A stretch of 64,000 nt of DNA from an uncultured Acidobacteriota bacterium (GTDB lineage Bacteria > Acidobacteriota > Terriglobia > Terriglobales > Acidobacteriaceae): contig CAVTLR010000007.1 in the NCBI GenBank assembly GCA_963735505.1, positions 323,807-387,806 on the forward strand. The letters run 5' to 3'. This document shows positions 29,701 through 39,250 of the stretch, in pieces; within the stretch, counting starts at the first letter, position 1, and each line of letters starts with the position of its first letter. A program made the position numbers and the translations under genes. The notes under the pieces were generated by a model. That model ran no database searches, had not been told where the DNA came from, and worked only from the letters and a program-made list of their open reading frames with translations.

Positions 29701-30215
29701 ATCTGGGTGAGACATCACACCCGCTGGCCAATCAGAGTGAGACATTCTACTTGGCCGGGGTCGCATCTTCGGCGGCGGGAAATGCCGATCGAGCAAACTT
29801 GTGGTGGCGGAAAGCGGCCTCGCGTTGCGGGGACTTCCAGAACATGTCTGTTCAGCCAGTCTCCGACATGACGTATTGGAGCGGACTCGCTTTGCGGCGT
29901 TTGGGGCGGCATGCTGAAGCGCACGCTTTGTTTCTCACGATTGAAACTCACGCGAATACGCTTGAGAATGAATCGCCGAAGATTGACTACTTCGCAACTT
30001 CGATTCCCACGATGCTGCTGTTTCGAGAGGACCTGGTCCGGCGTAATCTGATCGAAGCGAAATTCCTGCGCGCCCAGGCTTATCTCGGTCTGGATCGCAA
30101 GCCGGAAGCACTCGATCTTTTGCGCTCCGTTTTAGAGATGGATCATAATCAGGCCCGTGCAGCCGATTTATTGCGTGAGCATGGAAAAAACATTCAGCCG
30201 GAACGCAAGCGCTAG
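26793..30215 (+). CDS. DUF5107 domain protein fused to a long TPR-repeat region
   Basis: 1,140 aa with no signal peptide. The N-terminal ~350 aa (ENKYLRLMVLPEIGGRIHIGFDKINGYDFFYRQNVIKPALVGLAGPWISGGVEFNWPQHH) matches my recollection of DUF5107. The C-terminal ~600 aa are TPR-like helical repeats. Confidence 0.75.
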   Translation: MRKAQDGQEAVKELHRLILPDPPATERGSVKAWQQEVNIFTYLPESPDPNPMFFEKRVYQGSSGRVYPLPFIDRIATEGHDHAWQALHIENKYLRLMVLPEIGGRIHIGFDKINGYDFFYRQNVIKPALVGLAGPWISGGVEFNWPQHHRPATFMPMEFEIEHGADGSATIWCSDHDPMNRMKGMHGVCLYPDKAYVELKVRLYNRTPYLQTFLWWANAAVRAHQHYQSFFPPDSRFVADHAKRAITTFPGSDGNYYGIDYAERRRSGVPTDEQPRLFRPDGSYPANDLSWYANIPVPTSYMILGSRGDFLGGYDHGARAGMVHIANHHISPGKKQWTWGNQEFGYAWEHNLTESDGPYVELMGGVYTDNQPDFSFLTPWETKEFSQFWYPIRETGVPVAANLKAVLSLESEPGIAHLGVCVTEDLPEAHVTLEHGETILGEWKVSIPIAQPWMIDQLIPGGIQKTDLRVVIRSRRQEILRYVPPDIVNSIRPEPAKEPGEPGTIATTEQLYLTGLHLDQYRHATRDPMLYWNEALRRDDHDTRTCQSVGTWHLRRGEFTIAESYFRRAIERLTQLNANPYDGEAYYSLGLSLRLQHRDTDAYAAFYKATWNGSWKSAAYHALGELDSARGDWEAALRHLRLNLRGNMDDLTARNLAVMAMRKLSRDAEAESMLQETRQLDGLDIWSRYLESGDGPENNQQRIDLALDYCRAGLWNEAATILVDADMECIDGSVPIVLYTLGWCYQNCGEYQLATASRDKAAAASPRYCFPCRLEEIEILDSAIASNPADARAPYYLGNLLYDRRRHLEAIELWERSAQLDQAFPTVSRNLAFAYFNVCEDKARARIAFDRAFAANPQDARVLYERDQFWKRTGATPQERLLELGRYPELLGTRDDLAVELATLLNATGAPEEALAILKTRKFQPWEGGEGLVLSQWTRANLALGGQLLTRGEASGALSYFEAALSPPENLGETSHPLANQSETFYLAGVASSAAGNADRANLWWRKAASRCGDFQNMSVQPVSDMTYWSGLALRRLGRHAEAHALFLTIETHANTLENESPKIDYFATSIPTMLLFREDLVRRNLIEAKFLRAQAYLGLDRKPEALDLLRSVLEMDHNQARAADLLREHGKNIQPERKR

Positions 30216-30228
30216 CATTACATACATT

Positions 30229-31653
30229 ATGGCTTCGCCCATCGCCGAACGTCCCGCCAACCAACGCGACATTCACACCGTATATATGTGGGCGATTGCT
30301 TCGATCGCCGCTCTGGGCGGCTTCCTTTTTGGATATGACTGGGTCGTCATTGGCGGAGCAAAGCCTTTTTATGAGGCACACTTTCATTTGCAGTCTGATC
30401 GCCTGGTTGGATGGGCCAACAGCTGCGCTCTTCTAGGCTGCCTTGTCGGATCATTTCTCGCCGGCGCAATGAATTGGAAATACGGTCGCAAGCAAATACT
30501 GCTCGCATCAGGAATGCTGTTCGCCATTTCCTCCGTGTGCACCGGCTGGGCTCCTGATTTTGACGCATTCATTGCATGGAGAATTGTCGGTGGCGTCGCC
30601 ATTGGTCTGGCGTCAAATATTTCTCCGACATACATCGCGGAGATTGCACCGGCGAACTGGCGTGGCCGCTTGGTCAGCCTGAATCAACTCGCCATCGTCT
30701 GCGGTATTATGGCCGCGCAAATTGTGAACTGGGCGATTGCGGAAAAAGTTCCTGGGCATGCAACGATGGCTTTTATCGCAGCGTCCTGGAACGGCAACTA
30801 TGGCTGGCGATGGATGTTTACCGCGGTCAGTGTGCCGGCGATTATTTTCGTGATTTGCTTGATCTTGATTCCCGAGAGCCCTCGCTGGTTGGCATCCAAA
30901 GCCAGGACTGAAAAGGCATTTCAAGTGCTTGCCAGGATTGGCGGGGCGAACTACGCGCATCGGGCGCTCGTCGAGATCAATGAGTCGCTCGAGAGTGAAT
31001 CGGGACGGTCCGCTTCCTGGAAAGATCTACTGGCGCCCAGCCTTCGATATGTCCTCCTGATTGGTGTCGGACTGGCCATACTGCAACAGTGGAGTGGAAT
31101 CAACATTCTTTTCAACTACGCAGAGGAAGTGTACAAAAGCGCAGGCTATGGAATCAGTGCGGTACTGGTCAACATTATTGTCACGGGCGTCGTGAATCTT
31201 TTGTTTACGCTGCTGTCGATGGCGCTAGTAGATCGATTTGGGCGAAGAGTGCTGTTGCTGGTTGGATGTGGCGGGATTGGAATCGCGGACCTGCTGGCTG
31301 GGTACGCTTATCGCGCGCATCTTCCCGGCGTGTTTGTGTTGACGCTAACTCTTTCCGCCATCGCCTTCTATGCGGTCTCGCTCGCTCCTGTCACCTGGGT
31401 TGTAATTTCGGAGATCTTTCCCAATCGCTTGCGTAGCGCCGGCGTCTCGACCGCGGTTGCCAGCCTTTGGGCGTCTTCGTTCCTGCTGACCTACAGCTTT
31501 CCTCTGCTGATGAATCTGGTGAGCATGTCCGGTACATTCCTGCTCTACGGCGTCATCTGTCTACTTGGCGGCCTGCTTGTTTACAAATTTGTTCCTGAGA
31601 CGCGGGGCAAGAGCCTGGAAGAATTGGAGATCACACTCAACACGCGTGCGTGA
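30229..31653 (+). CDS. sugar-porter-family MFS sugar:H+ symporter
   Basis: ATG 30229 avoids overlap with the upstream stop at 30215. Signatures: GGFLFGYDWVVIGG, GRK, PESPRWL, PETRGKSLEELE. Confidence 0.85.
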   Translation: MASPIAERPANQRDIHTVYMWAIASIAALGGFLFGYDWVVIGGAKPFYEAHFHLQSDRLVGWANSCALLGCLVGSFLAGAMNWKYGRKQILLASGMLFAISSVCTGWAPDFDAFIAWRIVGGVAIGLASNISPTYIAEIAPANWRGRLVSLNQLAIVCGIMAAQIVNWAIAEKVPGHATMAFIAASWNGNYGWRWMFTAVSVPAIIFVICLILIPESPRWLASKARTEKAFQVLARIGGANYAHRALVEINESLESESGRSASWKDLLAPSLRYVLLIGVGLAILQQWSGINILFNYAEEVYKSAGYGISAVLVNIIVTGVVNLLFTLLSMALVDRFGRRVLLLVGCGGIGIADLLAGYAYRAHLPGVFVLTLTLSAIAFYAVSLAPVTWVVISEIFPNRLRSAGVSTAVASLWASSFLLTYSFPLLMNLVSMSGTFLLYGVICLLGGLLVYKFVPETRGKSLEELEITLNTRA

Positions 31654-31745
31654 CGGTAGTGTGCCGCTACCAGGCGCGAACATTTCGGGTGAACTTGAAA
31701 CCGAGTATCCGGACAACTTAGACCGATCACGCTAAATAACTATGG

Positions 31746-31781
31746 CGGAATCTCTGAGAGAGCGTGCTCTCGGAGATTCCG
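31746..31781. terminator. hairpin between convergent genes (possible bidirectional terminator)
   Basis: CGGAATCTCTGAGAG-agcgtg-CTCTCGGAGATTCCG is a 15-bp stem with one mismatch. Only a weak T-tract is present, and it lies on the minus-strand side. Confidence 0.4.
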
Positions 31782-31811
31782 TCGGATTGCGAAGCTATTG
31801 AGACCTCACAG

Positions 31812-34800
31812 CTAGAAGAGAAACTTCAGGGCAAACTGCATTTGCCGGGAGTTATTACGTGTGTAAGTCAGGCTACTGAACTGATTCGGGTTCGCCGGAT
31901 CGTAGCTGCTTCCTTGATCCGTATTGAAACTGCTGGTATTGCCCGGTTGTCCAAACTGAGGATGATTCAACGCGTTGAATGCCTCCGCCCGGAACTGTAG
32001 TTTCGTATTCTTCACAAGGGAGAAAGACTTGAACACCGAGGCGTCGAGATTGGTGTATCTCGGACCGCGCCCGAGGAGGGGAGCGCCACCCAGAGGTGAG
32101 TAGTCGGACTGCCCGATCATTGTCGCCAGCGGAGGGTTGGTAAAGGCATTGGGGTTCAACCACTGGTTCTTTGTATGCCCTCCATTCCCATAAAGGTCCA
32201 CTCCCGGGACCCTGTCGGCGTAGCAGCCAAAGTCGGCAGTCGTTGATATCGGGCATCCCACCGAGATAGGCTCGCCGCTTTGGAACGTGAAGATACCGTT
32301 CAATGCCCAGCCACCGATGACCGCATCCGCTGCGCGATTCATATTGGTCATGAACTTGGCACCCCGCCCAATCGGCAACGCATAATCTCCAGAGACGTGG
32401 ATGACATGGGTGGAATCGCTATCGCAGATCGCATAGTCCCCATTGGCCCCAAACCCTGGCAGCCACAGAGCGCGATACGATTGGATGGTGTTCACATAGA
32501 AAGTCTGGTTCGTCATGCACTGGCTCAGCGTGTAGTTGGCGTTCATCGTCAGACCATAGCTGGTGGAGTGCTGATAGGTAGCCTGCATGGCGTTATAGCT
32601 GCTCTTTCCGTTGGTCAACTCCAGAAACGAGTTTGGAGCAAAGCTGGGAAACGGAATGTAGTTATAGATGTTTGTATTCGGAGGCAGAATTTGCGTCGGG
32701 GAGTTGCCGGTGGCAAATCCATCCAGGTGCCGTCCCACCACACCCACATATCCCACCTCCAGCGAGTCATGCGCTGTGAAGGTGTATTGAGTGAACAGGT
32801 TATAGGTTTCGGTGTACGGAGTCTGGTAATTGTACTGGCGCGAGTTAAAACTCAATCCAACAGGATTGGTGACGCTGACTGCGGACTGGGTGTTTACCTG
32901 GGTCAGGGCATTTTCCAGAGTTGGCACTTGTCCGGCCGGCCCTAAGAACGGCGTGTAAGCATTTTGGGCATTATAGGCAAATTGAAAGGCGAAGGGATAG
33001 TTGTACATCAGATCTCCGCCCGCGCCGATGTTCGACAGCGCGCCATAGGCGATTCCATACGCGCCGCGAACCACGAAATTGTCCTTGATGCGCTTGGCGA
33101 AGCCGATCCTCGGGGCAAAATTACCCTTCTGCGCCAGACCCGTAGCGAAATTATTGGTGCAGTCGAGCGTGACGCCGCTGGTGTTTAACAGAGCGTCGAA
33201 CTGGGGTGAGCGCGGCACGTCGCAGCCCTTCTTGGGAACATAGTAGGTTCCAACAGGACCATTCGCTCCGGTGAACCCATTTCCGCTGCCGCTCTGGACA
33301 AAGTTCGCCTGAAATCCATCGGTATCGTAATAGGGCGGGAAGAAGTCATAGCGAAGACCCAGGTTGAGAGTCAAGGTTGGCGTCACCTTCCAGTCATCCT
33401 GGAAGAACGCGCCAAAGTAATGACGCGCAACCCGGACCGGAACTGCATTGGAGAACTGGAATTGGCTCATGCTGCCAAGATCGCTGATCCCGCCGGCGTT
33501 GGGGTACGTGGCCGCGATGGGAGTCAACAGCATGTCCACAGGACCAAACTGATTAGTGTTTGTCCCCACGACATCGCTCCACTGTCCGCTATAGCTAAAA
33601 TTTCCGCGTCCGAACGGAGGCGAGAACAAATTCGCATAGAACTTGTCCCACTGAGCCCCTCCCTTAAAGGTGTGATTGGCATGGATCTTGGTTACGTTTT
33701 CCATGATCTCCAAGGATGTGACCGTGCTTACGTTCGGATAATAGTTGGAGGGGCCAAGTTGGGTCAGTCCCAATCCACCCGCTGGACCCATTTGAATGGA
33801 AGGCAGCCCTCCGTTATTCGGAACCTGCGGTACGCCTCCAATGCCGAACTGCGCGGGAATGCCCAGGGTGTTGGCTTCAAATGGCTCCTGCCGGGCGATC
33901 AGGTGGTTGTAACCAGCATGAAAATCATTGGAAAGCGTTGGACTAAAGACATGGGTCTCTCCCAGGGCGATTGTGTACACCGGGATGTCGATCGTACCGG
34001 TCGAATAGGCTCCGCCGTTCGCAATTCCCGGCAGCTTATTAGGAACATTCTGTAAGTTATGGCTCCAGTCATAAACGCCAAACAGGGTGTCGTGTTCGCC
34101 AAATGACTGATCGATGCGGATGTCGTACTGGTTGGTATTGTTGGATTGTTTCGGGAAAATTATGTAGTTGTTGACAATGCCCGGTCCAGTGGGATTGGGA
34201 TACAACTGCAGCAGTTTGATGGCGTTGGGATCCAGCCTTGATGCGGGGATCTGGTTCAGCTGTGACGCGTATGGAGTGAAGTCTGTGATCCCGGCTACGC
34301 TGCCGCCGGTGAAAAATGGATCGCGAGCGTAAACCGTGTTCGCGGTAGTGTTCTTGAGCCCGGAAACAGGGTCCGTAGCGTCTGGGGCCACGGCGCGCGT
34401 GGTGGCCGGATCGAGCACCGCACCGTAGGGAAAGATTCGGCCCAGCCCGTCGGTTTTCGTTTGGCTACCGTCTGCTGTAATGATGTCCTGAAAATTTGTG
34501 AAGTCGCTGCTCTGTTCGAGCGCAGTCGGAACGTTGTCGTTATACTGCTTCGGATTGATGACCCGAGTCCCCTGGTAATCGAAAAAGAAGAAGCTTCTGT
34601 TGCGGCCATTGTAGATTTTTGGAATCCAAATCGGACCACCAACCGTGCCGCCGAACTGGTTGTAGTGGAAATTATTTGGCGTGGTTTGAAAGTAAGGGAT
34701 AGCATTCGCGGCAGTGTTCTGTAGAAACTCCCACAAGTCGCCGTGAACCTGGTTTGTGCCCGATTTAATGACGGCATTAATAATAGCGGCTGAAGAATGG

Positions 34801-35633
34801 CCGAACTCTGCCGGGAAGTCACCAGTCTGCAGGCGAAACTCCTGAATTGCGTCTGGTGGCGGCGTGACCTGCAGGTTGTCGTTCAACGGTCCGGGACCGC
34901 CAAATTGCTCAACGTTGTTGTCGATGCCGTCCAGCCGGAAATCCTGCATCCAGGGATTCATGCCGTTGACGTTGAAGTAGTCACTGTTGGTCGATCCACC
35001 AAAGTTGACGTTTGCAGTGGTCGCACCGGCGGCAATCTGGGTCAGGGTGTCGAAGTGGCGGCTGAGAAGGGGCAGATCGACGATCTGCTCGTGCCCGATC
35101 GTGGTGCCGATGGTGGCGCTCTGGGCCTGCAGCAGCGGTGTCGAGGCGTTCACCGTCACGGTCTGCTGCGCCGTGCCGGTGGGCATGGCCGCGTCTTCCG
35201 TCACCACCACTTGCACGTGAACGTCAAACCCGGTGATGGCCACGTCTTTAAAACCGGGGTGCTGCACCAGCAGAGTGTAATGCCCGTACGGAACTACGGT
35301 GAAGTTATAGGTTCCGGTAGCTGTAGTCTGGGCGGTCTGCTTGACCCCCGTTTCAGTATTCGTGAGGATGACAATCGCATCCGGAATCACCGCGCCGCTC
35401 GCGTCCTTCACTGTGCCGGTGACACCGCCGCTTGCAATCTGAGCTGCCAGTCGCGGAGTGGAGATCGGCCCTAGAAGCAGCACGCACAAAATCGAAACAA
35501 TACCAGCGATCAGTGGAGATTTCACCGATTTTTGCTTTGACCGATGGGCGGTAGCGTATCGATGGTGATTGCCGGTCTTACCCGAAAGCGACGCCTCTAA
35601 GACCGAAGATGTGTTCTGAAACACGTGGCTCAT
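31812..35633 (-). CDS. TonB-dependent receptor with N-terminal carboxypeptidase-regulatory-like domain (paralogue of 23029-26577)
   Basis: 1,273 aa. Motif AAQIASGGVTGTVKDASGAVIPDAIVILTNTETG. The barrel-type composition ends in ...FALKFLF. Confidence 0.85.
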   Translation of the reverse strand: MSHVFQNTSSVLEASLSGKTGNHHRYATAHRSKQKSVKSPLIAGIVSILCVLLLGPISTPRLAAQIASGGVTGTVKDASGAVIPDAIVILTNTETGVKQTAQTTATGTYNFTVVPYGHYTLLVQHPGFKDVAITGFDVHVQVVVTEDAAMPTGTAQQTVTVNASTPLLQAQSATIGTTIGHEQIVDLPLLSRHFDTLTQIAAGATTANVNFGGSTNSDYFNVNGMNPWMQDFRLDGIDNNVEQFGGPGPLNDNLQVTPPPDAIQEFRLQTGDFPAEFGHSSAAIINAVIKSGTNQVHGDLWEFLQNTAANAIPYFQTTPNNFHYNQFGGTVGGPIWIPKIYNGRNRSFFFFDYQGTRVINPKQYNDNVPTALEQSSDFTNFQDIITADGSQTKTDGLGRIFPYGAVLDPATTRAVAPDATDPVSGLKNTTANTVYARDPFFTGGSVAGITDFTPYASQLNQIPASRLDPNAIKLLQLYPNPTGPGIVNNYIIFPKQSNNTNQYDIRIDQSFGEHDTLFGVYDWSHNLQNVPNKLPGIANGGAYSTGTIDIPVYTIALGETHVFSPTLSNDFHAGYNHLIARQEPFEANTLGIPAQFGIGGVPQVPNNGGLPSIQMGPAGGLGLTQLGPSNYYPNVSTVTSLEIMENVTKIHANHTFKGGAQWDKFYANLFSPPFGRGNFSYSGQWSDVVGTNTNQFGPVDMLLTPIAATYPNAGGISDLGSMSQFQFSNAVPVRVARHYFGAFFQDDWKVTPTLTLNLGLRYDFFPPYYDTDGFQANFVQSGSGNGFTGANGPVGTYYVPKKGCDVPRSPQFDALLNTSGVTLDCTNNFATGLAQKGNFAPRIGFAKRIKDNFVVRGAYGIAYGALSNIGAGGDLMYNYPFAFQFAYNAQNAYTPFLGPAGQVPTLENALTQVNTQSAVSVTNPVGLSFNSRQYNYQTPYTETYNLFTQYTFTAHDSLEVGYVGVVGRHLDGFATGNSPTQILPPNTNIYNYIPFPSFAPNSFLELTNGKSSYNAMQATYQHSTSYGLTMNANYTLSQCMTNQTFYVNTIQSYRALWLPGFGANGDYAICDSDSTHVIHVSGDYALPIGRGAKFMTNMNRAADAVIGGWALNGIFTFQSGEPISVGCPISTTADFGCYADRVPGVDLYGNGGHTKNQWLNPNAFTNPPLATMIGQSDYSPLGGAPLLGRGPRYTNLDASVFKSFSLVKNTKLQFRAEAFNALNHPQFGQPGNTSSFNTDQGSSYDPANPNQFSSLTYTRNNSRQMQFALKFLF

Positions 35634-35819
35634 ATGCAGCCCCCCAAAAAGATATTGCGCTCAGCTGTGTTGACAACGATTGGATGGTTTGTACTATTCC
35701 AGACAAACGCGTGTCAAGTATTAAATCGTTTTTGCAACTTCGAACCATTACAATTTTCTAGATTGACGGGGATTGTGGAAGCTGATATTAAATCGAACCA
35801 ATACTATGGCGGGACGAAA

Positions 35820-36917
35820 ATGAGCAGGATCAGCCCGAACCGCAGACGCGTCACTTTGATGGATGTAGCGCGAGCCAGCGGTTTTTCACCATCGACGGTG
35901 TCTCTTGTTTTGAACGAGGCACCGCTCGCCCGCTATATCCCCGACAAGACCAAGCGGAAGATACTGGATGCCGTCGAACGGCTGGGATACCGGCCCGACA
36001 TCTTCGCCCGCTCGCTTCGCAGCCAACGCAGTCAGATGATCGGGGTGCTGGTGATCGACCTCGCCGATCCGTTCTGCACACTTATCCTGCAGGGGGTTGA
36101 GCGCAAACTACTGCCGACGACCTACCTGCCGATCGTGATGGACGCTCACAATCAACCGGCGCAGCTGGCACGATACGTCGAGATGATGATCGAACGCAGG
36201 GTGGAGGGTTTGATCACGGTGGCGAACTGGCTGCTGTTCGATATCACGGTGTTGGAGGATATTGACGACCGTCAGATCCCTACGCTTGTGGTAGGCCGAG
36301 ACTTGGAGTCGCCGACCGTGAACTCGGTCCTGGTGGACAACGAAGCCGGTGGGTACGCAGCCATGGAACATCTATATCAGCTGGGTCATCGTGAAATTGC
36401 GTTTGTGCGCGGGCCGCGGCGCATGGCTGACAGTCGCATGCGCTGGAAGGGTGTTCGACGTTTCGCCACGGATGTTGGACTTCGATTGAACTCCGCTTTG
36501 ATCCGCGACCTGCCAGGTACGATGGACTCCAGTTCCAGTTTTGACGGCGGCCTGAAAGTTGCCAATGAATTGATCCAGTCCGGCGAACGATTCACCGCGA
36601 TTCTGGCCTTCGACGATCTTACGGCGTACGGCGTGATTCGCGCGTTATCTGAAGCGGGCCGGCGGGTACCGGAAGGCTGTTCTGTGATTGGATTCGATGA
36701 TGTTCCACCCTCCGCGCTCAGCACTCCAGGACTGACAACGATTCAACAACCCATGAGGGAAATGGGAGAATATGCAGCCGACTACATCCTGAAGAACCTC
36801 GCCCATCGGCGCGAAGATGGAACCCAGCCATACGGTGACAGTCACCTGATGAAACCTACTTTGATTGCTCGCGGATCGACTGCGGCCATAACAAAGCCTG
36901 CTCGCAAAAAGAAATAA
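35820..36917 (+). CDS. LacI-family transcriptional regulator
   Basis: ATG 35820. HTH motif VTLMDVARASGFSPSTVSLVLN followed by a periplasmic-binding-protein-like sugar-binding fold (IGVLVIDLADPF, AILAFDDLTAYGVIRAL, SVIGFDD). The listed ORF start at 35625 is an over-extension. Confidence 0.9.
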   Translation: MSRISPNRRRVTLMDVARASGFSPSTVSLVLNEAPLARYIPDKTKRKILDAVERLGYRPDIFARSLRSQRSQMIGVLVIDLADPFCTLILQGVERKLLPTTYLPIVMDAHNQPAQLARYVEMMIERRVEGLITVANWLLFDITVLEDIDDRQIPTLVVGRDLESPTVNSVLVDNEAGGYAAMEHLYQLGHREIAFVRGPRRMADSRMRWKGVRRFATDVGLRLNSALIRDLPGTMDSSSSFDGGLKVANELIQSGERFTAILAFDDLTAYGVIRALSEAGRRVPEGCSVIGFDDVPPSALSTPGLTTIQQPMREMGEYAADYILKNLAHRREDGTQPYGDSHLMKPTLIARGSTAAITKPARKKK

Positions 36918-37049
36918 TCAGTGCAATTCAACCGGCGTCATGTCAGCCAGATCTCCCCCCTCAGAAAACTCCCACTTCCTTTCTCGGGGGCATCGTCAAT
37001 CGCTGCAATAGAGCTGGTTTACGCCTCTTACTGGCAATCTCAATATCGT

Positions 37050-38594
37050 TCATCGAACCTTTTCCGAGTCCAGCAGGAGAAATGCACTCAGTGCGCTTGC
37101 CAGTGAAAGTCCCGTTGCAATCCACAGGACGACGCGATATCCCGAGACAAAAGATTCGGCAACTGCATGGAGAATGCGTGGGTCGCTGCTGGTTGCTGCC
37201 GCGAGTTTAGGACGCTGTTCATCCACGGCATGACGCTCCGCGCGCGAGATCGACATAGTGTTGAGCTGCCGATCCAGGCTGCCATTGAAGCTTGCGTATA
37301 AGACCCACCCAAAAACGGCTACGGCCAGTAACCCGGCAGTACGCGAGACTGCATTGTTAATTCCCGACGCGATGCCCACCTGGTCTCCAGGCACTGAGTT
37401 CATTACTGCCGTGGTGAGCGGGGCGACGCTCACAGCCATGCCAAGCCCAAGAACGACGACTGCTGGAAAGAAGGTTGTCCAATAGGAACCGCCGATGCCG
37501 GGGGCGACCAGAAGAACAAATCCAAATCCAGCGATGAGTGGCCCGATGGTCAGCGGAGTCTTCGCTCCATAGCGCGCGATCAGTCCGCCTGACCAGCGAG
37601 AAAGAATGAAGATCAGCAAAACTAATGGGAGCAATGCGGCCCCGGCTTCTGTTGCCGAATAGTGTTGCACCTGGATCAAGTTCAGAGGAAAGAAGAACAA
37701 TATGCCGCCAAACGCGGCATAAAGAAAAAAAGTAAGTAGGTTGGCCCCGCTGAAGGTTCGAGAGCGGAAGAGCGCAAATGAAACCATGGGAGCAGAAGAA
37801 CGAGCCTCAACGAGCAGGAAGCCGACGAGCGAAGCAACGCCAATCACGGCTGCAAACATCACCGTCTTTCCCCCGCGAGACTCTTCGATCAGCGCGAAAG
37901 TAACCCCGCCTAACGCAAGCGTGGCGAACAGCGCGCCCGGCCAATCAAGCTTATTTGCTAACTCGCGATTGCGACTTTCCGGTACCTGCCAAAGCGTGAG
38001 AAACACCGCCACAACCGCAATGGGAAGATTGATGAAGAACACCCAGCGCCACGAGGCGTGATCGATAACCCACCCGCCCAGCACAGGTCCGACGGCCGCC
38101 GTGATTGCCGTAAAGCCGGACCACGTTCCGATCGCTCGACCGCGTCGCTCAGCCGGAAAAGAGGCGCTGATCAGAGCCAGGCTGCCCGGCACAAGCAACG
38201 CGGCGCCAATGCCTTGAACCCCTCGGGCAACGATCAGAGGAGCGATCGATGCAGCGAGGCCGCACCAAACTGATCCAAACGCGAACAAGATCACACCGCA
38301 GACAAATATTTTCCTGCGCCCATAAATGTCGCCAAGAGAGCCACCCACCAGCAGCAGCGAAGCCAACAGCAATGCGTACGATTCCACCACCCATTGCACA
38401 TCCGAAATGGTTGCGTGCAACGCAGATTGCAATGCGGGCAGAGCGATATTCACGACGGAGCCGTCAATGAACGCCAGGCTTGATCCCAGAATAGTGGCAG
38501 CTAATATCCAAATGCCGTTGGAGGTGCAGGGTTCCATCGAAGAGGCGGACAGAATCGCGGCTTCATCGCACGGTGGTTTAACCGTTACCGTCAT
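37050..38594 (-). CDS. MFS transporter, DHA2 (EmrB/QacA-type, 14-TMS) drug:H+ antiporter family
   Basis: 514 aa. Motifs LAFIDGSVVNIALPALQ and LGDIYGRRKIF, with about 14 hydrophobic segments. Confidence 0.85.
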   Translation of the reverse strand: MTVTVKPPCDEAAILSASSMEPCTSNGIWILAATILGSSLAFIDGSVVNIALPALQSALHATISDVQWVVESYALLLASLLLVGGSLGDIYGRRKIFVCGVILFAFGSVWCGLAASIAPLIVARGVQGIGAALLVPGSLALISASFPAERRGRAIGTWSGFTAITAAVGPVLGGWVIDHASWRWVFFINLPIAVVAVFLTLWQVPESRNRELANKLDWPGALFATLALGGVTFALIEESRGGKTVMFAAVIGVASLVGFLLVEARSSAPMVSFALFRSRTFSGANLLTFFLYAAFGGILFFFPLNLIQVQHYSATEAGAALLPLVLLIFILSRWSGGLIARYGAKTPLTIGPLIAGFGFVLLVAPGIGGSYWTTFFPAVVVLGLGMAVSVAPLTTAVMNSVPGDQVGIASGINNAVSRTAGLLAVAVFGWVLYASFNGSLDRQLNTMSISRAERHAVDEQRPKLAAATSSDPRILHAVAESFVSGYRVVLWIATGLSLASALSAFLLLDSEKVR

Positions 38595-38716
38595 CGGCGG
38601 TATACCCTGGCTACTGCAAATTTCTTGTTACGAATAGAGCCCTGTCAAATGGATTCTCGCGGGTACCCCGCACAACAGCCGCGATTGCCGCATAGGGAAC
38701 CGGTGAACGAGGACCG

Positions 38717-39241
38717 TCAGGGAAGGGCGCTCTCAATGGCCGCTGTCAAAGTCGCGAAATCGTACGATGCGTCGTGGCGAGCTCCGTTGATAAAAAATGT
38801 GGGAGTTCCATTAACGCCGCTACGCACCCCACCGCGAAAGTCTGATTTCACCCGGTCCTGGTAGGTATGTTCCGCAACCGCAGTTAGCAATTGAGAAGAA
38901 GAAAGATCAAGTGTGTCAGAGAGTTCGAGCAACAGGGATTCGCCCAGTTCTTGCTGATTTTCATACAGCAAATCGTGCATCTCCCAGAACTTTCCATGCG
39001 CGGCGGCAAACTCCGCAGCCTCCGCGGCCGGCTCCGCCCAGGGATGAAGCTGGGTCAACGGAAAATTGCGGAACACGAATGCGAGGCGTTTTCCGAAATG
39101 CTTTTGCAGCCTTTTCACAATGGGATAGGCCTGCCCGCACGATGGACACTGGTAGTCGCCGTACTCGACCAGAACGCATGCTGCTGCAGGATCGCCTTGC
39201 ATGTGATCGTCCACGCCTACAGGAACCGACAGCTTGCTCAT
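38717..39241 (-). CDS. DsbA-family thioredoxin-fold protein (no signal peptide)
   Basis: 174 aa. Motifs VEYGDYQCPSCGQ (CPSC active site) and GVNGTPTFFING. Confidence 0.8.
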   Translation of the reverse strand: MSKLSVPVGVDDHMQGDPAAACVLVEYGDYQCPSCGQAYPIVKRLQKHFGKRLAFVFRNFPLTQLHPWAEPAAEAAEFAAAHGKFWEMHDLLYENQQELGESLLLELSDTLDLSSSQLLTAVAEHTYQDRVKSDFRGGVRSGVNGTPTFFINGARHDASYDFATLTAAIESALP

Positions 39242-39250
39242 CGGATGCTC

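Noticed and set aside
35625-35819. N-terminal over-extensions of listed ORFs. Examples are 35625 for lacI, 18548 for GH20, 20224 for PQQ-DH, 20993 for cytochrome c, 23005 for TBDR-1, 30157 for the sugar porter, 45725 for trxC, 52139 for the phosphoesterase and 60836 for the amidohydrolase.
   Set aside because: Internal Met codons with Shine-Dalgarno-like sequences give canonical N-termini (signal peptides, HTH) and remove overlaps with neighbouring genes.
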